Positions 52,117 through 63,034 of a stretch of DNA of 64,000 bases are shown here, one piece after another. The first letter of the stretch is position 1, and every line of letters starts with the position of its first letter. A program made the position numbers and the translations under genes. Origin of the DNA: Macrostomum hystrix (taxonomy: Eukaryota; Animalia; Platyhelminthes); assembly GCA_950097015.1 (NCBI GenBank), contig CATNEN010000007.1:310001-374000 (forward strand). Reading direction: 5' to 3'. Under the pieces are notes generated by a model that did no database searches, was not told the DNA's origin, and worked only from the letters and a program-made list of their open reading frames with translations.

Positions 52117-55100
52117 TCATCCGCTGCCAGCTGGCGCCGTTGAAATCTTGTACTTTGGCAGGCACAAGCCGAATCTGGACTCCAATTCTTCGAATGACAG
52201 GGTGGCAATCTTGTAGCCGCCAATGTGGTCCGGATTCGTGGGCATGGCCTCCTCAGGCCGCTTGTGAATGTTTGAGCCCGACGGCTTGCTAAATGAGTTT
52301 TCAGGAATTCGCATCATATTCATATGGAAGCATAATAAAATAAAGTTGGAAATGACACCTAAGCTCGTAGTTGGGACAATTAACAATTAACTTCACTGCT
52401 GCTCCCAAACCGAATGACCGATTTTCGTGAAAGTCCACCATATCTGAACAAAATTGTTTCGCCCTTTACGATGAACTAACTTTCAACGCCGCCCGAGTCA
52501 GCATTGTCGAGATTTTCAGCGATATTGTCGGAGGCCCTAGTGACAAGGGCAACTAAGATTGCTCTGCATAATGGCAATTCCATATTGGTTAAAAAATAGA
52601 AAAAATAACTATTTAATCAATCTTAAATAGTCAATAAAAACAGCCGGCATTGGTTGCATGATGAAATTCTGTGAGCAGAAAAATTCGGCCTATAATGGTA
52701 GATTTAGCCACTAGACACCTCCACGAGAATCGTTGAATATCTCGTTGATCCACTGTTAAAGGCTGCATAGGTACAGCTGTTCAGTCCATGGACTGGTGCA
52801 TCTGCTACATTGTTAATAAGGACAATAACTGTTTCCTTTGACTGAGATTTGAACTCCCGACCTCGATGCTCCACGAGAATTAGGGCCTAAAAAACTTCCC
52901 GACATGTCTGCGAAACGCACCTGCCGCCGAAATCAATGTAGAAAGTCCGCTGAAGCATCTCGTACGTCAGCAGGGTGACGCCGAACTGCGGACTGGATCG
53001 GAACATGCGCGCCACGGAGCCCTTCCAGAATGCCCGCGGGCCCTCCTCGCGCAGAATCTTGCCGAATGCGTCGAACACTCCGTTGTAGGTTGTCTGGCCA
53101 GCTCTGGCCACTACCTGCGAAAGGTTTGCGGGTGTGGTAGGGATCTAGGGTAGACAATGAGATCTAGGGTAGACAATGAGATCTAGGGTAGACAATGAGA
53201 TCTAGGATAGACAATGAGATCTAGGATAGACAATGAGATCTAGGGTAGACAATGAGATCTAGGGTAGACAATGAGATCTAGGGTAGACAATGAGATCTAG
53301 GGTAGACAATGAGATCTAGGGTAGACAATGAGATCTAGGGTAGACAATGAGATCTAGGGTAAATAATGAGATCTAGGGTAGATAATGAGTAGGGATCTAT
53401 AGAAGACAGTGGTGATCTATAGAAGACAGTGGGGATCTATAGAAGACAGTGGGGATCTATAGAAGACAGTAGGGATCTATAGAAGACAGTGGGGATCTAT
53501 AGAAGACAGTGGTGATCTATAGAAGACAGTGGTGATCTATAGAAGACAGTGGGGATCTATAGAAGACAGTGGGGATCTATAGAAGACAGTGGGGATCTAT
53601 AGAAGACAGTGGGGATCTATAGAAGACAGTGGGGATCCATAGTAGACAGGCAGAGGGCCCACCTGCAGCCTAGTCTTGATAACATCGGCAGGAGTAGTGA
53701 GGCCGGCTGCCGGAGCGCCGGACATTGTGGCAGCCAGCAGCAGGGTGCCAGGACTGTTGTAGCCTTCGCTGTCGGCGAACTGCATCTTCAAATGATTGTA
53801 GGCAGTGAAATAGATGGCAGAGAAGGGTATGTCTCGAAGGAAGCACGCCTTAGAGCCCTTGTACAGGCCGAAGAAGCCGAGGTCGCGAATCACCTGGATA
53901 ATTAATTACAATGCACGATGCTAAATGTGAAACGCATTTTTAACTGCTACGCTTTGTGTAATAATTGGTATAAGTATTTTTCCTTCAAATACTCTCACAA
54001 TGAGTCTCAATTAGTCTCTATTAATCGCTATCCTCCCATGAAACCGTCAATGAGTCTTTGTTAATCTCTATCCTCCAAGACTCTCACACAAGGCGAGTGC
54101 GAAGGGCTCAACATCCTCTCCGATGCAATACCCGCCACTCTAATCCTGAGCCACAGGTACAAGGTCGAAATTCAGCCTCGCCAGGAGGCAAACAACAGCT
54201 GGACCGACCCTGAAATCCACTGTTATACCGACGGCTCCCTGATGAACGGAATCTCGGGATTCGGAGCCTGTATCTACAATGGAGGAGAGGTCACATGGAC
54301 TCACTCCCAGCACACTGGGAAAAACTCCAGCGTTTTTCAGAACGAGATGCTCGCCATCAGCTCATGTGCAGCAGAGTTGCGCCAGAGGGGGCTCACTGAC
54401 CGGAAGATCATTTTCCACTCCGACAGTCAAGCCGCCCTCCGGGCCCTCGACCGCAGCACCACCTGCTCTAAGACCACCTTGGACTGCAACGCCCAGCTCA
54501 ACGGGCTGGCGCGGGCCAACGAGGTCAAGCTCAAATGGATCCCAGGTCACGCTGGCTTCCCAGGGAATGAGATGGCGGACCAGCTCGCAAAAGCTGGAGC
54601 AGCCAGCACCCCAGCACCCAGCATCCCCTGTGACCTGTGACCAACCTCAAGCTGAAGCGCTGGATGGAGGCACAGCACCTGGACAGATGGACCAAGACCC
54701 AGAACTGCAAGCAGTCCAGGGCAGCGGTCCCATGTCCGTCTCACCGCCTGCTCAAAGCCCTCTCAGAGCATGGCAGTTTTTCTCGGCATCGCTATCTCCA
54801 GGGCCAGCTCCTGGAGGAAAAATGCACCTTTTGTAGCTCGAGCAGCGAAAATGCCGAGCACTTTATCTGCCACTGCCCAGTTTTCACCAGGGCAAGGCTT
54901 GAACACCTTGGGCCTAATCCAACTCTCTCCGATGCTTGCAGGCCCGAGAGCATCCCTCAGCTTGCCCGGTACCTTCGGGATACTGGGCGAGCCAACGCCT
55001 TCCCCACCGACAGTGCGGAGGACCACGCTGCAGGCGAGTCCGACGGGCCACCCTGAGCAACACCACCTCTCCTGAGGTCGTCTGGTTTGCCAGGGGTTAG

Positions 55101-58100
55101 CGGAATGGGCGGTCCCCTCCGCCTCCTCGCTGCGTCCGCCAGTACGGAGCACCCTGCAGCTCAAGTCAAGTAAGTCAAAGACTCTCACAGTTGATGAGTC
55201 TTTGTTAGTCTCTATCCTCCAATGACCCTCACAGTCGATGAGTCTTTGTTAATCTCTATCCTCCAATGACTCTCACCGTCAATGAGTCTTTATCCACCAA
55301 TGACTGCCATAGTCAATGGGTCTTCTCATACTCGATGAGTCTTTGTTAATAGTTATCCTCCCATAACTCTCGCATCTCAAGAGTATTTGTTAATCTTTAT
55401 CTTCTAATGACCAACCTGCAAGGCCGACACGCGCTGAGCGGTAGCAATCTCGCCAGCCACCTGCAGGCGAATCTTAACTATCTCCAGCGGATTGGTGAAC
55501 ACCACCTGGGAGCCACCGGCGCAGCCACCAGCCAGAATCTCAGCCCACAACGGTATGAAGCCGGTCTTCTTGTCACGAAACTGATCCTTCACCAAATCGT
55601 TCATGGTCAGCTTGATAGCCTTCTCGGGTGCAACGCCGACTAGCTGGGGCACCAGGCCTGGGTAGGAAGGTTTATTGTAAATGTATTACACAGATAATTT
55701 TTTGCTTTCAATGAAACCCAACCACCGTTATATCAAGCAGGGAAAAGCTAAAGAAATGGTGTACACTGTGATTGGTCGGGAACTAGTGTACATTCTAACA
55801 AGCTGTGATTGGTCGGGAAGTGGTGTACATTCGAAAAAGTTGTGATTGGTCGGGAACTGGGGTACATTGTAACAGATGTATTTGGCTGGGATCTGGCGTA
55901 CTCTTACATTTGAATGGACGGAATAGGTCGGGAACTGGTGTACGAGCGTATATGCATCATTTTGGGATAGGTCGAGCTATAGTGTCTATTTAAGCAAGGA
56001 GTAAATTAGAGTAGGTTTAAAGCGAAGCAAAAGCTAGTTGTGGCGCACCTCGATAAAGTCCGAACACTCCCTCGAATCGGATGACCTTCTTGAAGCAGTC
56101 CCAAGAGTTGCGATAGAGCACTTCGCCAACAGTTGTGGTGCGCTGATTCTGCATGCGAGTCTTCACCAGGTCGATGGGATAGACGGCCGTGGCGCCGATA
56201 GCTCCGGCGATGGCACCCAGAGAGAAGCGGTACATCTGCTCCAGCACAGTTAGAAAAAATGTGCGTCCGCGACCCTCGGCTCGAGTCTCCACGGCGTCCT
56301 GGACCCGGCGGGCCGCGGTGTCCGGCAGGTACTTACTAGTGTACTCGTCGAACGGAGCCATTCGCTTCACATCGTAATAGGAGACGCAGCCGTCTTCGCG
56401 GATAAACTTGGCCAGCTGGAACAGGATGTCAACCTCTAGCGGGGTGAGCTGATTATAGCTCATAGCGTCATTGGTCAGCTCATCCCGAGTCACTGGCGCG
56501 TGAATGTCATTGCCGGTGCGAGCCTGGATGAGTTTCTTCAGCAGCTCCATGTTGTTTAGAAGCGAGATAAACGCGTTGAAATACGAGAAGCTGATGTGAC
56601 TGCCATGCTCGGCGCCAAATACCACCTAGGCGGCGGAGAGTGTGCATTAGACAGCTGGTGAATATGGTTTGAGAGTGTAAATCAAGGTGATTGGTCGAGT
56701 TAAATTTTTTATTTAGATTAGGGTGGTCGGTTATGAGTAGTCCTGGATGAGTGTACATTAGAGTGACGGGAGATTATTGGTCCGGAGTGAGTGTACATTA
56801 GAGTGACGGGAGATGATTGGTCCGGAGTGAGTGTACATTAGAGTGACGGGAGATGATTGGTCCGGAGTGAGTGTACATTAGAGTGACGGGAGATGATTGG
56901 TCCGGAGTGAGTGTACATTAGAGTGACGGGAGATGATTGGTCCGGAGTGAGTGTACATTAGAGTGACGGGAGATGATTGGTCCGGAGTGAGTGTACATTA
57001 GAGTGACGGGAGATGATTGGTCCGGAGTGAGTGTACATTAGAGTGACGGGAGATGATTGGTCCGGAGTGAGTGTACATTAGTGCGACGGGAGATAATTGA
57101 TCAGGTGCATGTTTACATTGGGGTGGTGGGTGTATTTTTACTCTACCTGCATGAGGTGATCGCGCAGAAACGGAGTCAGGAGGTTTGACTTCAATTGTAC
57201 CATGATGTTAACGAAGTCCATGGCGCGAATTTTGCCTTCGTTGCGCTTGTCGCTGCGTTGGAAAGCTTGCAGCGCGTGCTCTTCGTGGAAGTCCTGCAGC
57301 AGTTGGGAAGAATCGTTTTGTCAGCAAGGTACCAACATTTTAAAGGCGGCCGATTTAAGAAAAAATCAAGGAACTCACGTGAATAAGCTGGGTAAACTCT
57401 TCATAGCTGACAATCTGATCGCGCGATTTGCCAAAGTGCAAATCTATGAAATCGCAATCGAAGTTAAACGGATACTGGCGATGCAGAGTTGTGGCCGTGA
57501 TGACGGTCTTGAACTCGGCTGGAAATTAGAGAAAAGAAAAATATGACAAAAATCTATAGTGCCTAACAGACTACTACTGAGTAAGTAGAAGGGGCAGAGA
57601 TATTCAATTCTTTATTTCGACCGATTTGATTTGGATCCGACTGTGGCTGACGCATTTCACGCTCATGAGGGCCAACTACGAAGGCTAAGTGAGAGTGTCT
57701 AAGGCGAACATGTGAGCAAGGACTCACAGAACGAAACGTAGCCGTTTCCGTTGACGTCGAACAAGTCGAAAGCGATGCGATAGGCGTGGTCCGGTAGGCA
57801 CAGAAGGCCTTCAAAAGTTTCAAACTCTTCAAAACTGATGAGGCCGTCCTTGTCGTAGTCGGCGATGACGCCGAGCTGGCGGACGGTGTCCTCGTTGGCG
57901 TTTTCGTAGGCGTAGAGGCCGAGAAATTTTTGGACAAAGTCGGGATAGGTCATGTACAGCGAGCCATTCTTCTGCACGCTGGCGAACTGTCAATCCAGAT
58001 GGATGAATTTGCATTACTAATACTTATTTTAAGAATGATGAATTGAAATGCTTGGCCTAAGGAACTGTGTGTTGCTTTGACCTGAGGAACTGGGTGTTGC

Positions 58101-60394
58101 TTTGACCTGACCTGAGGAACTGGGTTTTGCTTTGACCTGACCTGAGGAACTGGGTTTTGCTTTGACCTGAGGAACTGGGTGCTGCTTTGACCTGACCTGA
58201 GGAACTGGGTTTTGCTTTGACCTGACCTGAGGAACTGGGTTTTGCTTTGACCTGAGGAACTGGGTGTTGCTTTGACCTGAGGAACTGGGTGCTGCTTTGA
58301 CCTGAGGAACTGGGTGCTGCTTTGACCTGAGGAACTGGGTGCTGCTTTGACCTGAGGAACTGGGTGTTGCTTTGACCTGAGGAACTGGGTGCTGCTTTGA
58401 CCTGAGGAACTGGGTGTTGCTTTGACCTGAGGAACTGGGCGCTGCTTTGACCTGAGGAACTGGGTTTTGCTTTGACCTGAGGAACTGGGTGTTGCTTTGA
58501 CCTGAGGAACTGGGTGCTGCTTTGACCTGAGGAACTGGGTGTTGCTTTGACCTGAGGAACTGGGTGCTGCTTTGACCTGAGGAACTGGGTGTTGCTTTGA
58601 CCTGAGGAACTGGGTGCTGCTTTGACCTGAGGAACTGGGTGTTGCTTTGACCTGAGGAACTGAGTGCTGCTTTGACCTGAGGAACTGGGTGTTGCTTTGA
58701 CCTGAGGAACTGGGTGCTGCTTTGACCTGACCTGAGGAACTGGGTTTTGCTTTGACCTGACCTGAGGAACTGGGTTTTGCTTTGACCTGAGGAACTGGGT
58801 GTTGCTTTGACCTGAGGAACTGGGTTTTGCTTTGACCTGAGGAACTGGGTGCTGCTTTGACCTGAGGAACTGGGTGCTGCTTTGACCTGAGGAACTGGGT
58901 GTTGCTTTGACCTGACCTGAGGAACTGGGTTTTGCTTTGACCTGAGGAACTGGGTGCTGCTTTGACCTGAGGAACTGGGTTTTGCTTTGACCTGAGGAAC
59001 TGGGCGCTGCTTTGACCTGAGGAACTGGGTGTTGCTTTGACCTGAGGAACTGGGTGCTGCTTTGACCTGAGGAACTGGGTGTTGCTTTGACCTGAGGAAC
59101 TGGGTGCTGCTTTGACCTGAGGAACTGGGTGTTGCTTTGACCTGAGGAACTGGGTGTTGCTTTGACCTGAGGAACTGGGTGCTGCTTTGACCTGAGGAAC
59201 TGGGTGCTGCTTTGACCTGAGGAACTGGGTGTTGCTTTGACCTGAGGAACTGGGTGCTGCTTTGACCTGAGGAACTGGGTGCTGCTTTGACCTGAGGAAC
59301 TGGGCGCTGCTTTGACCTGAGGAACTGGGTGTTGCTTTGACCTGACCTGAGGAACTGGGTGTTGCTTTGACCTGAGGAACTGGGTGCTGCTTTGACCTGA
59401 GGAACTGGGTGTTGCTTTGACCTGAGGAACTGGGTGCTGCTTTGACCTGAGGAACTGGGTGCTGCTTTGACCTGAGGAACTGGGTGTTGCTTTGACCTGA
59501 CCTGAGGAACTGGGCGCTGCTTTGACCTGAGGAACTGGGTGTTGCTTTGACCTGAGGAACTGGGTGCTGCTTTGACCTGAGGAACTGGGTGCTGCTTTGA
59601 CCTGAGGAACTGGGTGCTGCTTTGACCTGAGGAACTGGGCGCTGCTTTGACCTGAGGAACTGGGTGCTGCTTTGACCTGAGGAACTGGGTGCTGCTTTGA
59701 CCTGAGGAACTGGGTTTTGCTTTGACCTGAGGAACTGGGTGCTGCTTTGACCTGAGGAACTGGGTGCTGCTTTGACCTGAGGAACTGGGCGCTGCTTTGA
59801 CCTGAGGAACTGGGTGCTGCTTTGACCTGAGGAACTGGGTTTTGCTTTGACCTGAGGAACTGGGTGCTGCTTTGACCTGAGGAACTGGGTGCTGCTTTGA
59901 CCTGAGGAACTGGGTGCTGCTTTGACCTGAGGAATTGGGTGCTACTTTGACCTCAGCAAATCTGGCAGTGGTTTGATCTGAGTGAAATTGGTGGTTGTTA
60001 GCTAAGCCTATGTGAATCTGGTGGAGGTTAGATCTAGGCTGTGTTTGGTTTTGGTTTAATGAGAATCAAGGAATGAAATCTTTATAACTTACACAAGCAT
60101 GCAACTTAAACAATTATGATCTTACCTTTTGGAAAACATTTTCGAGATTTTCGCGATCAGCTCGCTTTGTTGAGAACTAGAAATATTTAGATATAGTCAA
60201 AGGTTATAATTCAAACAGATTTCTTTAATTAATTAAAGAAAATGTGGATGGGACTAAAAATAGAGTCAAGTACACAATGGTTGCATTTAGAGCACATTAA
60301 GATTACTCACTTTTTTAGCAGTTTCACAGTGCACATGTGCACTGCTGAACAATGGCATGTGGCTGCTTAGCCTTTGATTGATGAAAAAGCCAGC
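52117..60394 (-). CDS. SLC25A12: Calcium-binding mitochondrial aspartate/glutamate carrier (aralar/citrin), at least 10 exons
   Basis: Phase-compatible exons 60394-60311, 60176-60126, 57986-57728, 57518-57379, 57293-57147, 56625-56049, 55657-55416, 53893-53663, 53114-52921 and 52288-52117. EF-hands ([23 protein letters not shown]); carrier signatures [36 protein letters not shown]; C-terminal NPDHIGGY. The start codon is uncertain. Confidence 0.95.
53140..53640. repeat. Two adjacent intronic minisatellites (19-bp gatctagggtagacaatga; 20-bp gggatctatagaagacagtg)
   Basis: Direct inspection; both share a gatcta core. Confidence 0.93.
54089..55177 (+). mobile_element. 5'-truncated RNase H-containing LINE (I/R1/LOA-like) in an aralar intron
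   Basis: RNase H motifs [43 protein letters not shown]; C-terminal [14 protein letters not shown]; (CAAGT)n tail; 12-bp TSD AAGACTCTCACA at 54077-54088 and 55178-55189; one frameshift at ~54638. Confidence 0.88.
56745..57085. repeat. Intronic 40-bp minisatellite (gagtgagtgtacattagagtgacgggagatgattggtccg)
   Basis: Direct inspection; about 8 near-identical copies. Confidence 0.95.
58060..59960. repeat. Intronic 25-bp minisatellite (gaggaactgggtgctgctttgacct), with 30-bp variants
   Basis: Direct inspection. Confidence 0.97.
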
Positions 60395-61223
60395 CTGAAA
60401 ATTAGTAAAAATAATCTAGATGGCTATGTAAGGTAAATTTATTTCAAATCTGTCTACTTGCTTATTAGAAGGCCTCTTATTCAAATATGATTAATATGCT
60501 TGAACTAGTTAATAAAATAATAGGCATCATTATTGTTACTAATAATATACATCAAGTGCTATAAACAAAGAAGCTACCAGTTAATAGTACAAAGCAAACT
60601 TCAGTTTCAGATCTTAAAAACAAGTTAACAAAAGAAAAAGGACTTAAATATTACATAATGACACAGGGCCACTTCCATGATGAGTGATTTATTAAGCTCT
60701 TAAAGTATATCTACTTAAAAAAGCTAAGCTCAAAAAAGCTTTAATTCTAACGCTAATATTTGGAACTAGGTCTAGTTTTACTTTTAATATGTAAAATATA
60801 TATTATAGGCCTAAGGCAAGGACAACATTTTTATATAAATTAGCAAAATATGAGGCAACCAATTAATATGAGCAACAGTAATTCTTAAATTAAATGAAAT
60901 AATGTAGCTACACCCTAGCTAAGCTTAGGCCCTGCTAACTCTGTTACTAGGCTTTTTTATAACTTAATTTAACTTATTGGCCTATATATGCCAATAATTA
61001 AACAAATGAATCACACCTTAGCTAGGCCCTACTAGAATAAAAGAATAAAATTATAGACCTATGTATAGCCCAATGTCATGTCTAAGAAAAGCTTTTAATC
61101 CAACTATGCTAGTGTCGGCTTTAATTAGGCCTAGATAGGCCTACTACATAGGCCCACAATGTTAGCAACATCAAGTAAGCCCTATATAAACCGCTAAAGC
61201 TCACTTTCTATTTAGGCAGTTGT

Positions 61224-61345
61224 TATTTGTCCAGTTAACTGGACAAATAGCCGTTTGATTATTTGTCTGGTTAACCGGACAAATAGCCGTTTGACTATTT
61301 GTCTGGTTAACTGGACAAATAGCCGTTTGATTATTTGTCCGGTTA
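61224..61345. repeat. Palindromic 36-bp tandem array (~3.5 copies)
   Basis: Perfect 26-bp palindrome TATTTGTCCAGTTAACTGGACAAATA at 61224-61249, followed by repeated gacaaatagccgtttgattatttgtc units. Confidence 0.85.
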
Positions 61346-61769
61346 AATTAAAACCAAAACTTTAAGTTTTCGGTGTTGACTATATCTCCTGCATCTTGTT
61401 ATACTGAGTAAATTTGACATTTTAAAAGCCTTAAGTTTTGAAGGGAATCAGATTCAAGGACCACTGTAGTTGTATAACTATTTATTTATTAATTAAATAT
61501 TTATTTACAATCTACTATTTATTAAATAAATAAATAAGTATATTAAGAGGCAATATATTAAGATATATTATATATATAAACGAAGACATAGTTGTTCCTT
61601 GATCCAGGCATTGGTCTGTCGGCAACCTAAAATTATATATAGACAAGCGTACAGTTTTATCAGCCCCGATCGTGTGTCAAAGCGCAACTGTAGCTGTATA
61701 AATCTTGGGCCCCGTTATCGTTATTCACCAACAACTATTCTAAAGATTAGACTCATTTGCCGAAAAGCC

Positions 61770-62489
61770 ATGCTCAAGATAATCTTGCTGAGCTGTCTAT
61801 TGCTAGCAGAGGCCAGCTATGGCCAGCACCATCATCATCACCATCATCAGCATCAGAGGACGCAGTATTTCTGTGACGATCCAGTCGCTGCGACGACTGT
61901 GTCTGGACAAAGCGACTTCGTGTTGACAACAAGAACCCGATCTAACGCTATGAGCTACTCAAGTAGTCTCAGGTGCGAGTTTAACGCCATCTCCGACACG
62001 TCGGCCTTTCTAGTCGAGATCGAGTCGTTCAGCGTGAGCACAGGTGTACTCACCGTCAGCTCAGACGGCAAGGTACTGTTCCATGGATCCAGCCTGCGAA
62101 AGTTTGAGTCCAGTCTGGTAACGCCCTCTAAATCGCTGAAGGTCCGCTTCGACGCCAACGGCGACCCGTCGCTCAGTTCCGGTGTCACTCTGCGAGTTCG
62201 CAGCTTCGGCTCCGACGGCTGCCCGCCCGGCTGGACGAGTTTCAACGGATCCTGCTACGGCACCAGCCGCACCAGCGGCTTCCTGGACTTCGGCGGTGCT
62301 CAGAGGGCCTGCAACAGCCTGCGGGCCAACCTCATGCAGCGGCCACCTGGCTACAATGGCAGCATCAGGGCTCTAGTTCGCAGCCTGCCATTCACCTGGA
62401 CTTTCTCTTGGGCGGGACTGACGGATTTGGAGAGTCGCTTCTCGCCAAAGTGGATGGACGGCCGATCTGAGGACAGGCAAGTTTTTTAA
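61770..62489 (+). CDS. Secreted CUB-like + C-type-lectin-domain protein (first exon or single-exon form)
   Basis: Signal peptide MLKIILLSCLLLAEASYG, His run, CUB-like segment (YSSSLRCEF..SLKVRFDANG...SGVTL), CTL start CPPGWTSFNGSCY..AQRAC..WAGL..KWMDG. Possible GC donor (AG/GCAAGT) at 62476. Confidence 0.7.
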   Translation: MLKIILLSCLLLAEASYGQHHHHHHHQHQRTQYFCDDPVAATTVSGQSDFVLTTRTRSNAMSYSSSLRCEFNAISDTSAFLVEIESFSVSTGVLTVSSDGKVLFHGSSLRKFESSLVTPSKSLKVRFDANGDPSLSSGVTLRVRSFGSDGCPPGWTSFNGSCYGTSRTSGFLDFGGAQRACNSLRANLMQRPPGYNGSIRALVRSLPFTWTFSWAGLTDLESRFSPKWMDGRSEDRQVF

Positions 62490-62795
62490 AACGGTCTATC
62501 GCGTTTGCCTCTCGCACCAAAGTCCCTGAGACATTTTTTTGTGGCGCAGCCTCAGATATTAAGGGCTTGTAGTAAAATTTACGCCCCTACGGGCCAACCT
62601 CGAAGGCACAGTGGCTATGAGAAAGTCAGGGTAGATGCACACACCTGTGTGAGCGTGTGTCTGCGTACAGTATCTGTGAGTGTGTGCTCAGGAGTCAGCG
62701 GAATGGGCAGAATTGCCTCCTCGCTGGCTGCGGGTCTGGTGTCACCAAATGATGTTCCATTGCCCGCAGCCCTCCTGTAATCATCATTATTATTA
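62490..62795 (+). mobile_element. tRNA-derived SINE, family B copy 3
   Basis: CGTTTGCCTCTCGCACCAA head fragment, AATTTACGCC..GGGCCAACCTCGAAGGCACAGTG, shared 3' body and (ATC/ATT)n tail. Confidence 0.75.
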
Positions 62796-63034
62796 CAGGC
62801 CTGTAAATTATTTGTAATGAAGAAATATATACTTGCGGCATTAAATAAAAAAATGTTGCAAAAGCATAATAAAATAATATTTGTTTAAATATGGTAGTAC
62901 TAGCTTTTTTTGCCCGTTGTTTTTGGGGCAGAAATTTAAAGCAAAGCAGTAAGCAATTCACGTCTCTGTATTAACTTTATAGTGAAGGTCACCATTTATT
63001 TATTTACTGCATGAATGAAAAGTGAAGAGTTTGT

